Assembly: GCA_016839585.1 (NCBI GenBank)
Contig: JAEOTZ010000009.1
Span: 1-19,420, forward strand
DNA from: Promethearchaeota archaeon
GTDB lineage: Archaea > Asgardarchaeota > Lokiarchaeia > Sigyniarchaeales > SOKP01
Length of the DNA stretch: 19,420 nucleotides
Direction of reading: 5' to 3'
Each line of letters starts with the position of its first letter. The stretch's first letter is position 1. The translations under genes were made by a program, and so were the position numbers. A model generated the notes under the pieces. That model was not told the origin of the DNA and did not search any database. It saw nothing but the letters and a program-made list of their open reading frames with translations. This document shows, piece by piece, positions 8,384 to 17,209 of the stretch.

Positions 8384-9010
8384 ATGAATTCTATGGATCA
8401 TAGAAAAGAAGAAACTGATATCCAGAAATTATCGTCAATGCTCAGTAAAATTCAAGATCTATATTATAAAAAGAAAGAACAACTAGAAGAATTACAGTTA
8501 GAAATATCTGAATTGAGAGATATTATAAATTACTTAAATTCACTTATATCAAACAAGTCATTTTATAGTGCAGATGAGATTTATACACAAACACTAAATA
8601 AAAGAAAACAATTAAGTGAAGATGATTATTTTATAGAAGAAATTCCTGGGGAAAAAGTCAAGGGTACAAATATTAAGAGAAAAATATTCTCTAAAGAAGG
8701 TGAAAAAGAAACAAACCTGTTATGTATTTTAAATTTTTATGATTTTAATGAAGTGGAAATTAAATTTATCGAACCTGAGACAAGATTTATAAAAGAATCC
8801 TCAGAAGATTTTGTACGCATTTTCTTAAAAGGAGCATTAATCAAAATTAAAGAAAGCAACCCTAATTTAAGTGTGAGTTATAATTATTACAAAAATACTG
8901 ACATGATTGGAAGTATGAATATCTCTAATTTAAATTCGATTAAAGAATATGACTTAATTACCTCAAAAATAAGAGAATTAATGGCAACAGAGATTTCTTC
9001 TAATAAATGA
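8384..9010 (+). CDS. Hypothetical protein: N-terminal coiled coil plus alpha/beta C-terminal domain
   Basis: 208-aa ORF with a heptad pattern over about residues 10-57, ending in KSF; divergent from rimK. Confidence 0.7.
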   Translation: MNSMDHRKEETDIQKLSSMLSKIQDLYYKKKEQLEELQLEISELRDIINYLNSLISNKSFYSADEIYTQTLNKRKQLSEDDYFIEEIPGEKVKGTNIKRKIFSKEGEKETNLLCILNFYDFNEVEIKFIEPETRFIKESSEDFVRIFLKGALIKIKESNPNLSVSYNYYKNTDMIGSMNISNLNSIKEYDLITSKIRELMATEISSNK

Positions 9011-9153
9011 TTTGAAAAACTAATATCTTTTGTGAATGGCACTGTTTTTCCTTATTATCTCCAATATTAGTAAAAAGTTTTAAATAAAATAGTTGATTAA
9101 ATTATCTTTAAAGTTATTTATTAGAATCCAAGATAATAAAACTATATTTATTA

Positions 9154-9879
9154 GTGAAAAGTATTATGAAAAGAAAGTTTTATTTTATAACTATATTAAG
9201 CATTCTTCTATTTCTCTTAACATTTCAATCAATGGGAATAGTAACTGCTAGAACAGAATCTTTTACTGATCCTGAAGATGATGTATATCGCATTGATGTT
9301 CAGCAAATGGATATCAAGAAAGGGGATTACCATGATGAAATAGACATTACGAGTATAGCAATGGTTGATAACTATTTTAATGCCACATTTGCGGCAAATT
9401 TTGAGGGTCCTGATATTGAATGTACGTTTTATCTTTTTGAGCATTACGATCCTGATAACAAAACACATTTGGAATATGGGGTTTCTGCTGTAAATTCTTC
9501 AGCTGGATTTAGTGGTGTATATTTTGAGCATTATGTTCCTTCTGGAATAATATACTTTGTAGAAGTTTGGACTGGAACGGGCTGGACGTTTAATATTCCT
9601 GATGGTTTAAATATTGGAAGTATGACAGGTAATTTAGTTGAGGGAACTGTTCCCCCTGCGGCATGGACCGTTCCAGATAACGTCACATGGTATGTTCATA
9701 GTACAGCCGGTAATCCTTTGGTAGATGTAATCCTTTACGCGGATTATGCTCCTAATGAATTCGATCCATATCCTACAGGTGGCGATGATGCAATTCCGGG
9801 ATATGATTTGTTCATTTTTATAGGTGTTTTATTTGGAATTTCTATATATGTAGTAATAAAGAGAATAAAAAGAAAGTAG
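9154..9879 (+). CDS. Secreted surface protein with Loki-CTERM-type sorting signal, paralog 1 (start may be ATG at MKRKF)
   Basis: N-terminal basic plus hydrophobic signal peptide; acidic beta-rich body (DPEDDV, HDEIDI); C-terminal IPGYD + TM helix + KRIKRK. Confidence 0.8.
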   Translation: MKSIMKRKFYFITILSILLFLLTFQSMGIVTARTESFTDPEDDVYRIDVQQMDIKKGDYHDEIDITSIAMVDNYFNATFAANFEGPDIECTFYLFEHYDPDNKTHLEYGVSAVNSSAGFSGVYFEHYVPSGIIYFVEVWTGTGWTFNIPDGLNIGSMTGNLVEGTVPPAAWTVPDNVTWYVHSTAGNPLVDVILYADYAPNEFDPYPTGGDDAIPGYDLFIFIGVLFGISIYVVIKRIKRK

Positions 9880-9896
9880 AAGAACCCAAATTCCCC

Positions 9897-9907
9897 TTTT
9901 TTTTTTT
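9897..9907 (+). terminator. Oligo-T terminator candidate
   Basis: T11 run starting 18 nt after the stop. Confidence 0.55.
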
Positions 9908-10085
9908 AGTTATTTTATGCTCAATGAATAGCTCCTATTGCTCAAAATTAATTAAAATCTAAAAATTTGAGATAATAAAACAACTATAATTAGTTTTAAA
10001 TATAACATTGGAATAACTTTATTTATATTTTATAATATTGTTCTATTAATCTAATAAATAAAAATATATTAAGAAAGGAAGAAAA

Positions 10086-10853
10086 ATGTCCAAAAGAATT
10101 CATTATTTATTTGCTGTTTTAAGTATTCTTTTACTCTCTTTGACACTTCAGACTTTTACACCTGTAGTAGGCATTTATATGTCTGTAGATGACCCTGAGG
10201 ATGATGTTTATTATATACATATAACAAGCTCAGGTTATGATATGACAAAAGGAGATTTTCATGATGAAATTGATATTGTCAAATTAAACATAACTGGACA
10301 ATTTTTTAATTTAACATTTGCTGGTAATATGGCTGATTGGGTGGTGGGTACAGGACCTTATATGGTAGCTCTAATTATATTACATCCAGATTTTCAAGGA
10401 TTGGACCAAGAACCGACATATCCTTATTATAGCATTTTATACGAGAATCATAGTGTTACAGGGCAGTACGACGAGTATTTAGGCTATCATGTTTTTTTTA
10501 CTTATGTTATAGATGAGTACACTGAGCAATATTGGAATGCAACTACAGGATGGGTTTCAACTACTGCTTTAGCTTCAGACATTGGTTCCGCTTCTGATAA
10601 ATCAATTATAGCAGATGTGCCTACAAACGCTTATACTATACCAGATGATATCGACATTATCGCAACATCGGTTCATTCCGAACTTTTATTTTTTACAGAT
10701 GAAATATTTGAATATATAGACATCGCCCCCAATAAATATGATCCTTTTGCATCATCTGAAGATAAGATCCCGAGCTATAACTTATTCATAGTTGTGGGTC
10801 TCTTATTTGGAATTTCTCTGATTATAATAAAAAAGCAAATCGGGAAAAAATAA
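10086..10853 (+). CDS. Secreted surface protein with Loki-CTERM-type sorting signal, paralog 2
   Basis: Signal peptide; DPEDDVY, KGDFHDEIDI, FNxTFAxN and DxAPN shared with paralog 1; C-terminal IPSYN + TM + KKQIGKK. Confidence 0.8.
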   Translation: MSKRIHYLFAVLSILLLSLTLQTFTPVVGIYMSVDDPEDDVYYIHITSSGYDMTKGDFHDEIDIVKLNITGQFFNLTFAGNMADWVVGTGPYMVALIILHPDFQGLDQEPTYPYYSILYENHSVTGQYDEYLGYHVFFTYVIDEYTEQYWNATTGWVSTTALASDIGSASDKSIIADVPTNAYTIPDDIDIIATSVHSELLFFTDEIFEYIDIAPNKYDPFASSEDKIPSYNLFIVVGLLFGISLIIIKKQIGKK

Positions 10854-10877
10854 AAAAAAATTATTAACTTTTTTTTT
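10852..10877 (+). terminator. A9/T9 tract, terminator candidate
   Basis: A9 (10852-10860) and T9 (10869-10877) at and just after the stop. Confidence 0.45.
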
Positions 10878-11059
10878 CATTATTTTTAATTAAATAAGAG
10901 CTATTATTGAATTAAAGTACCTTAAATATTAAGATATAAAATTAAATTAACTAGTTCATAATAGTTAGAAAATATTATATTAAGATAATATATAGTTTAA
11001 TTAAAATACGAAAAATTAATTATTCAGTAATTTTTATTTATTTTAACTAAATTAATATT

Positions 11060-11066
11060 GGAGTGA
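11060..11066 (+). promoter_or_regulatory. Archaeal Shine-Dalgarno sequence
   Basis: GGAGTGA 7 nt before ATG 11074. Confidence 0.6.
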
Positions 11067-11073
11067 AAGAATT

Positions 11074-11889
11074 ATGGCAAAAAAGCAAAAATCATGGTTA
11101 CAAATGCCAATAGTTCATTCGAAATTTCATGATACAAAATTGGAAGATGTTTTACTTAATAAAGCCTTAGAATTATTAACTGGTGAAAAAGGAGATGCGC
11201 CGTCCTTCTTATTCCTTTCAGGGGCTTTTTTTGATGTGAAGTCTTTTGCATATTCAGGATTAAGAGCTTGGAAAGGTGCTGCAAAACCTTCTGAATCGAA
11301 TGGTGGTAGAAGACCTGTCTTAGAAGCTACTTTTGCATCTATATCTGTGTATTTAAGCTCCCTTTTAGCACTTCAATCAGATTTCTATTTTGCATATGAT
11401 GAGATAAAAGATATATTGCTAGAGAAAAAACGGGAAGATCTATGGACAATAGTATCAGAAAAGTTGCCATTTATTTCATTGCCACCAAGAGAAATGTATG
11501 GTTCTCAAGCTTCTCCAATCTCTCCATATTTTGTGATTAAACAAGATGAGGAAATAATCTTAGGAGAAATATATCCCTCAGCTTACTTAACTAAAGTCAT
11601 AACAAATATCAAGACAAGATTTTTTGTATTTTTCCAATATCAAGGTTATTCTGCTTTTGGATTTTTCAACTCATTACCCCAGCTCTCTAAATTTGGCTTT
11701 GAAGAAGAAGTAAAGGATTTTACTACTGAACCTACACCTGAAAACTTGATAAAATATATTAAAAATGCAAAAACAATAAAAGAAGTGTTAATAGCGCTTA
11801 TTTATGCTCATAACAATGCATACCTTGAACAATTTTTAATACCGGATTATGAATTATTATTAAACAAGTTATTGGAGGGAGAATCATAA
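11074..11889 (+). CDS. Hypothetical soluble protein translationally coupled to a small GTPase
   Basis: 271-aa ORF with SD; its stop overlaps the next start (TAATG at 11887-11891). No family recognised. Confidence 0.75.
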   Translation: MAKKQKSWLQMPIVHSKFHDTKLEDVLLNKALELLTGEKGDAPSFLFLSGAFFDVKSFAYSGLRAWKGAAKPSESNGGRRPVLEATFASISVYLSSLLALQSDFYFAYDEIKDILLEKKREDLWTIVSEKLPFISLPPREMYGSQASPISPYFVIKQDEEIILGEIYPSAYLTKVITNIKTRFFVFFQYQGYSAFGFFNSLPQLSKFGFEEEVKDFTTEPTPENLIKYIKNAKTIKEVLIALIYAHNNAYLEQFLIPDYELLLNKLLEGES

Positions 11890-12524
11890 TGGTAAATATA
11901 GGTTTATTAGGTGATGTAAGTGTTGGCAAAACTAGTATACTTAGGCTTTTTGTGAGATATATCAATAAAGGAGATATTGAAAAAGTTGAAGGTGGAGTAA
12001 AATGCTCTGTGGTGAAAACTGATTTTTCTGGAGAAGCAACTGTTCCTGGAGGTGAAAAAGAGGATGTACTTGATGAAAAGGCAACAAAAACGATTCATCC
12101 AAATAGAATTGTGTTTAGAGAAGATGCTACTAAGAAAGCTCATACGCTCTTCGGACCTGGTGGGGACCGGCGGCGAGCGGTAGTTCGTATGGGCATCATC
12201 ACAATCTCGCGTATATCGTCCCAAGTAATCACTGTCTTCTCATGTGATAGAGATTTGGATACTCAATTTGAATTCTTTAATGATGTCCGCTTTTTTCCAG
12301 AAAGGATTTCCGTGTGCATAAATAAAGTCGACTTACTTGAAGGTGACAGAGAAAAAAAGCTTGAGGATATGAAAAAGAAAATCAGCGAATTTTTTAAAAC
12401 CAGAAAAATTAATGTGACAGATACTTTTATAACTTGCGGAGAAACAGTAGAAGGTTTCGAAGAAATTGAGAAATACAATGATCAAGTAGCAGAAATGATC
12501 CTAAAAATTGCTATCCAACATTAA
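11889..12524 (+). CDS. Ras-superfamily-like small GTPase with atypical G3
   Basis: G1 GDVSVGKT, G2 Thr in ATKTI, G3 position LFGPGGD, G4 INKVD, G5-like TCG; GGAGGGA SD at 11874-11880. Confidence 0.85.
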   Translation: MVNIGLLGDVSVGKTSILRLFVRYINKGDIEKVEGGVKCSVVKTDFSGEATVPGGEKEDVLDEKATKTIHPNRIVFREDATKKAHTLFGPGGDRRRAVVRMGIITISRISSQVITVFSCDRDLDTQFEFFNDVRFFPERISVCINKVDLLEGDREKKLEDMKKKISEFFKTRKINVTDTFITCGETVEGFEEIEKYNDQVAEMILKIAIQH

Positions 12525-12528
12525 TAGG

Positions 12529-13056
12529 CTAATTTTTTAATTTTAAAGCTAATTTTAAGAAAAGTTTATTTATATCCAATTGATAAGCTATTAAAGATGT
12601 TAAACGTACCTCTCCAGTATCTTTTTGAATAATGATGTATCCTCGTTTTTCTAATTCCCTCAAATCATCCAGTATACCTTTTTTATTTCTCATTTTTTTA
12701 ATTTGTTCTACTTTTCCAACTCCAGAATTTTTGAGACAATTAACAAGAGTATAAAATAAACTCGCAGCTAACCTTGATTTCCCCTCAAAAGGATTTGCAG
12801 AAATAATATCTGAAGTGTCTATATCAAAGGAAATAAACCAGTGAGAATTTAAGGGATTATATCTGACTTGAAGTCCTAGCGGTTCTATATAATTCGATAA
12901 ATTGGTAATTAAATCTTGAAAATAAATTGATTTGTTTTTATTTTTCAAATTAAGGTTTTCAAGAATTTCTTTTTTAGTTGCCCCTATTTGAGATACAGTG
13001 GATTTTCTACTTAATAAATACATTAATAATGTAACTTCATTCAATTTTTTTATCAC
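12529..13056 (-). CDS. KITE-family tandem winged-helix subunit (Nse1/Nse3-MAGE/ScpB-like); true start may be TTG at 13044
   Basis: About 175 aa. First WH-like pattern (LMYLL...KKEIL...FQDLITNLSNYIEPLGLQV...HWFI) and second (LDDLRELEKRGYI...VRLT). Last gene after SMC and kleisin. AGGTGA SD lies upstream of TTG 13044. Confidence 0.7.
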   Translation of the reverse strand: MIKKLNEVTLLMYLLSRKSTVSQIGATKKEILENLNLKNKNKSIYFQDLITNLSNYIEPLGLQVRYNPLNSHWFISFDIDTSDIISANPFEGKSRLAASLFYTLVNCLKNSGVGKVEQIKKMRNKKGILDDLRELEKRGYIIIQKDTGEVRLTSLIAYQLDINKLFLKLALKLKN

Positions 13057-13060
13057 CTGA

Positions 13061-13711
13061 TTATAAATACAAAAAGTTTGTATCTTTTTGGTATTTGATT
13101 TTGCCTAATTGAAGAAGATGGAGTAAATATATAAAATTTTCATAAATTTTAATTTGATCTTGATCATCTTCAAATATTTCATCATAAGCACATGGGAGTT
13201 TCCTTTTAATGTTATTGAAGAATCTCATCATCTTTTCAGTAAATTTTTCTTTAGGTAATTCCAGATAAAATTCTTCATTAATTTTTTCTTTTTCTAAAGG
13301 TTCAAGAGAGAATACTGTCCCTTTTCTATTAAGCAGTTTATCCTTAGAGAATTCAAGAAAATTTAAGGAGAGATTATCAATATTAAATAGATTTCTCCAA
13401 CATCCTTCAAGTAATTTATAAATTTCTGTGTCTTTAGGATTTGATTCCAAATATTTTAAAATTTTATTTTCACTATCTAATGAACTAATCAAAATTTGCA
13501 ATTCTTGAAATTTTTGATTAAGTAATCTGCAAGCTTCAGAATATGTTTCAGAACCATCATAAATATTATCAATTGTAAGGAAATCTTTTATATCATTGAA
13601 GATTGGAACAAGTTCCAAATCTAATAAATTTATTTCACCTAAAAGAACTTTATTTTGTATATCTTCAATTTTTTTATTTAAAGCATTATATAGGTCTTTA
13701 TGTTCAACCAT
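13061..13711 (-). CDS. scpA: Kleisin (ScpA/Nse4-like)
   Basis: N-terminal GEINLLDLELVPIF resembles ScpA GEIDPWDIDI. C-terminal WH segment ENFIYLLHLLQLGKIKYQK. Start overlaps the SMC stop (TAATG). Confidence 0.75.
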   Translation of the reverse strand: MVEHKDLYNALNKKIEDIQNKVLLGEINLLDLELVPIFNDIKDFLTIDNIYDGSETYSEACRLLNQKFQELQILISSLDSENKILKYLESNPKDTEIYKLLEGCWRNLFNIDNLSLNFLEFSKDKLLNRKGTVFSLEPLEKEKINEEFYLELPKEKFTEKMMRFFNNIKRKLPCAYDEIFEDDQDQIKIYENFIYLLHLLQLGKIKYQKDTNFLYL

Positions 13712-16700
13712 TAGTTATTGTTCCTTTTTTTTTTAATAATTTTTGGTTTAAAAACTGATGATACTTCATTTTTGCCGACTCTAGCAATTCCTATTAACCT
13801 TTCAGCCAGATTAAATAAAGGAGTTGAAGATTTGGGTAGAAACATAAGCAACTGAATTGGATTTCCTTCTAAAGTAGACTTAATCAACTGGTAAGCAATT
13901 TCTGAATTTTTTTCATCTAAAAACATTCCTGCCTCATCAAACATACAAAGCGGAGATGGTTTAATTTCTTGAAGAGATAAAATTAAGCAAATTGATATCA
14001 TTGACATTTGACCTCCGCTTAATGCTGAAAATGATTTTAATTGTTCTTTAGAGGTTGCTGCTTTAATATTAACCCCTAAATTTTCAAAATCTCCTGTTAA
14101 TCCAAGAGAACAATAAGATTTAATTTGAGAAGATTCAAATTTTTGGTTGATTTTAGATTGTAGATCTTCAATTAATAATCCAAATTTGTTATAATATGTC
14201 TTTTCCATCTTGTTTTCAGTTTTAATTGCTGCTTTAATATCATTTTCTATATCTCTTTGGTTTTTAACGATTTCTTTAAGAGATGATATAATTTGATCTC
14301 TTTCAATCAGAATTGTGTCATCAATGTCTAAAAATTTAAGTAACTCTTTTTCTATTTTCAAGAGATCTTTTTCAATTTCCTCTATTGGTCGAATTTCTAT
14401 TTTTTCTTCTAAAATCAATGGAGCTATTTCAGAATTAATCCTTTTCAAATCTTTTTTCTTTAATTCAAATTCCTGTTTAAATGCATTTAATTTAATGTTT
14501 TCTTGTTCTAACTTGAGGGTATTTTGAATATTTCTTTTGTCTATTTCACTTTTCTCAAATTGATATTGTGATTTTAATCCATTTGATTTTAAAATTTTTT
14601 TTTCGATATCTTTAAGTTCTTCATCAATCTGCTCTAAATGATGATATATATTAAATGCTGATTTGTCTGCCTTTTGAAAATTTTCCTTTTTTGTTTTATA
14701 CTCCAGCCCTATAAGGCTAAGCGTATTATTATGTTTACTCATTTTTTCTTCGATTTCTTTTAGGAACTGTAAATTCTCATTTAATCTTACATCCCACTTT
14801 TTCTTTTCTTTATTTAGTAATGTCAATTCATTAGGAATTTCTTTAATTCTATCATTCCACTTAAAAAAATCTGGATCACTCTGAGTTTTTAATTCCTTAA
14901 TTTTTTTATCTAATTCTTGAACTTCAACTTGAATAGATACATTATTTTTCTCTAGATTATGCATTTTTTCGTATAACAGGTTCTTTTTTGTTGTAATTCT
15001 TTGTTTTTGATTAAAATTAAATAACAGATCATTGAATGCCTCTTTTTTTCTAAAAATATCTTTTTGAATCTCATCTAATTTAGATTGCTCTACCTTAAGC
15101 TCTGAAATATGGTCATTTGATAATTTAATTTCAGATTCTAAAATTTCTGATTGTTCTTTTTGTGTTCCAGCACTTAATAATCCTTTTAATCTCTTTAAAT
15201 AAGGTGTTTCATATACATATTTATAAGAAACAATTTGCTCTCCCTTTAAAGTAACGCATTTTCCCTTGAAATTATAATTGTTATAAAGTGCTATTCCTGA
15301 ACGATAATCTTTAACAACAAGGCAGTTTTTTACTTTTGAATAAATAACTTTTTTTATTTCAATATCATCATCAGTAATATCAATTAGTTCTGCTAAATAT
15401 CCAATAACCCCATTAGCAGAAATTTTAGGAAGAGGTGTGATATTGGTACTTTTAGCAATATAAATATTACAATATGCATTATATTTATTTTTTAAGCGTT
15501 TTAATAAGTTTAAGGTATCCCAATCATGTGCTACAAAGCTATATAATAATTTTTCCCCTAAAACCGATTCAATAGCATAGCTTAACTCATCTTTATATTT
15601 CAAATAATCAATAATAGGACCTTTTACATTTAAATCTCTTTTATATATCTCATCTTTGAGAACACTTATGTTTGAGGGAAGAATTACTCGACGTTCTCTA
15701 AGGGAGACTTGAAGAAGTTTTAATTTTCTCAACTTCTTTGATCTTTCAATCTCTAACTGCTTTACCTCTGATTCAATCTCATAAATTTTTAAAGATGTGT
15801 TTCTTAGTTCTTTATCAAGCTGTTGTAGAAGATTTTGTGTTGGATTTTCTAAAAACCACTTATTCTTTTCTAATTTGTGTTCTATATCCTTAAAGCTTTG
15901 AAATAACTGATTAATTTCATCTTTATTACTTTTATTTAGATTATCATTTTCGTGAAGCTGTTTTAATTTCTCCTTTTTCTCAGAGATTATTTGATTATAC
16001 TTATCTAAAAGAGTTTTATTTTGGTTTATTTTTCTTACTAATTGATTTTGCTCTTTTATTAAGCTATCAATGTTAAGTTCAATTTTCTTGGATTCTCTCT
16101 TAATTGTATTTAATTCAGTATCCAAACTTTCTTTCTGTTTCGTAAAATTATTTGCTATTTTTTCAATTTTCTCAATTTCTTCAGCCAAGGTATCTAATTC
16201 TTGTTTGACCATTAACTTCTCTTTTTGCCATTTTTGAATTTTAGTAATTAAATCTTGTTTTTGATAATTTAATTCACCAATTTTTTCTGAAAGTTTATTA
16301 ATATTTCGTTCTTCAACTGTAATCTTTCCTATTAATTCCTCTATTTCTTTATCATGCTTTTCTTTTTTATTTTTTATTCCATCAATAACTAATCCAAGGT
16401 TTTTAATCCTTTCTTTTAAGGAGTTTATTTCTTTTTGAAGTTTATCTCGATTTGCCCATAAAAGTTCGTCATTAATTTTTTTTTTAATTTGTAATAATTT
16501 ATTCTTTTGTTTTAAGCGTTCTAATTTGGGCTCTATTAATTCTAAGCTGATATTCAACGTATTTTTCTTGCTAATTAATGAATTAAGTTCTGTATTCAAA
16601 TTAAGTAAATTATTTTTTTGCTGTAAAATTTCATCCCTTAAACTTTTTAAACCAATTCCTTCTTCAAGAAAGGTGCACAACTCTGTTGGTTTTAAATTTT

Positions 16701-17196
16701 TTATGGCGTCGATTTTTCCTTGGCTCACAATAGCAAATTGGTTATCAGGATTAATATTCAAATCAGAAATTAATTTCTGAATTTCATGAGCTTGAACTTT
16801 TTTAAAATCATTGTCATTCTTTCTTTGAATTTTAAAAAATGGTGATTGCCCTCTGATTACAATTCTTCTTATTTTGATTACTTCTTCTTCTTTTTGAATA
16901 TGTATTTCAACCATAGCATGATTTTGGCCATTTCTTATAAAGTTTGACCATTTTTTATAACGCTCATCTCTCTCATTGCTTCCTAAAGCAAATTTTATCG
17001 CTTGAAATACAGATGTTTTACCACTCCAGTTAGGACCTACAATAATTACAAATTTAGCTTTTCCAAAATCTACTTCATCTTTTTGGAAAGATAAGAAATT
17101 CTCTAAAATGACCTTTCTAATGAATATTTCTTTTCTTTGAGATTTATTGGTATTTTCTTTAAGTTTTAATTGTGATTGAATAGTCATTTTTACCAT
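13711..17196 (-). CDS. smc: SMC-family ATPase, Smc5/6-like
   Basis: LENFLSF, Walker A GPNWSGKT, Q-loop SQGKI, two long coiled coils around a hinge (GPI...AIESVLG...CVTLKGE), signature LSGGQ, Walker B/D-loop MFDEAGMFLD and QLLMFLPK. Confidence 0.92.
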   Translation of the reverse strand: MVKMTIQSQLKLKENTNKSQRKEIFIRKVILENFLSFQKDEVDFGKAKFVIIVGPNWSGKTSVFQAIKFALGSNERDERYKKWSNFIRNGQNHAMVEIHIQKEEEVIKIRRIVIRGQSPFFKIQRKNDNDFKKVQAHEIQKLISDLNINPDNQFAIVSQGKIDAIKNLKPTELCTFLEEGIGLKSLRDEILQQKNNLLNLNTELNSLISKKNTLNISLELIEPKLERLKQKNKLLQIKKKINDELLWANRDKLQKEINSLKERIKNLGLVIDGIKNKKEKHDKEIEELIGKITVEERNINKLSEKIGELNYQKQDLITKIQKWQKEKLMVKQELDTLAEEIEKIEKIANNFTKQKESLDTELNTIKRESKKIELNIDSLIKEQNQLVRKINQNKTLLDKYNQIISEKKEKLKQLHENDNLNKSNKDEINQLFQSFKDIEHKLEKNKWFLENPTQNLLQQLDKELRNTSLKIYEIESEVKQLEIERSKKLRKLKLLQVSLRERRVILPSNISVLKDEIYKRDLNVKGPIIDYLKYKDELSYAIESVLGEKLLYSFVAHDWDTLNLLKRLKNKYNAYCNIYIAKSTNITPLPKISANGVIGYLAELIDITDDDIEIKKVIYSKVKNCLVVKDYRSGIALYNNYNFKGKCVTLKGEQIVSYKYVYETPYLKRLKGLLSAGTQKEQSEILESEIKLSNDHISELKVEQSKLDEIQKDIFRKKEAFNDLLFNFNQKQRITTKKNLLYEKMHNLEKNNVSIQVEVQELDKKIKELKTQSDPDFFKWNDRIKEIPNELTLLNKEKKKWDVRLNENLQFLKEIEEKMSKHNNTLSLIGLEYKTKKENFQKADKSAFNIYHHLEQIDEELKDIEKKILKSNGLKSQYQFEKSEIDKRNIQNTLKLEQENIKLNAFKQEFELKKKDLKRINSEIAPLILEEKIEIRPIEEIEKDLLKIEKELLKFLDIDDTILIERDQIISSLKEIVKNQRDIENDIKAAIKTENKMEKTYYNKFGLLIEDLQSKINQKFESSQIKSYCSLGLTGDFENLGVNIKAATSKEQLKSFSALSGGQMSMISICLILSLQEIKPSPLCMFDEAGMFLDEKNSEIAYQLIKSTLEGNPIQLLMFLPKSSTPLFNLAERLIGIARVGKNEVSSVFKPKIIKKKRNNN

Positions 17197-17209
17197 ATCT
17201 AATTAAATA

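Noticed and set aside
11907-12224. 105-aa antisense ORF starting in the GC-rich patch of the GTPase gene
   Set aside because: TTG start, no SD or motif, and it lies fully inside the GTPase gene. It is not supportable as a CDS, though it remains one possible explanation for the codon anomaly.
12524-12529. Functional link between the GTPase pair and the SMC operon (convergent, 4-nt gap)
   Set aside because: Tight convergent ends occur elsewhere in this window (342/348, 2147/2150), so proximity alone is not evidence.
718-16780. Short antisense ORFs in the track (718, 1117, 2346, 4431, 6325, 7471, 9229, 12263, 14315, 16526)
   Set aside because: They are opposite-strand shadows of well-supported genes, with F/S/L/I-rich composition and no motifs.
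13711-17196. Rad50/SbcC call
   Set aside because: It has a globular hinge instead of a CxxC zinc hook, and no Mre11/SbcD neighbour.
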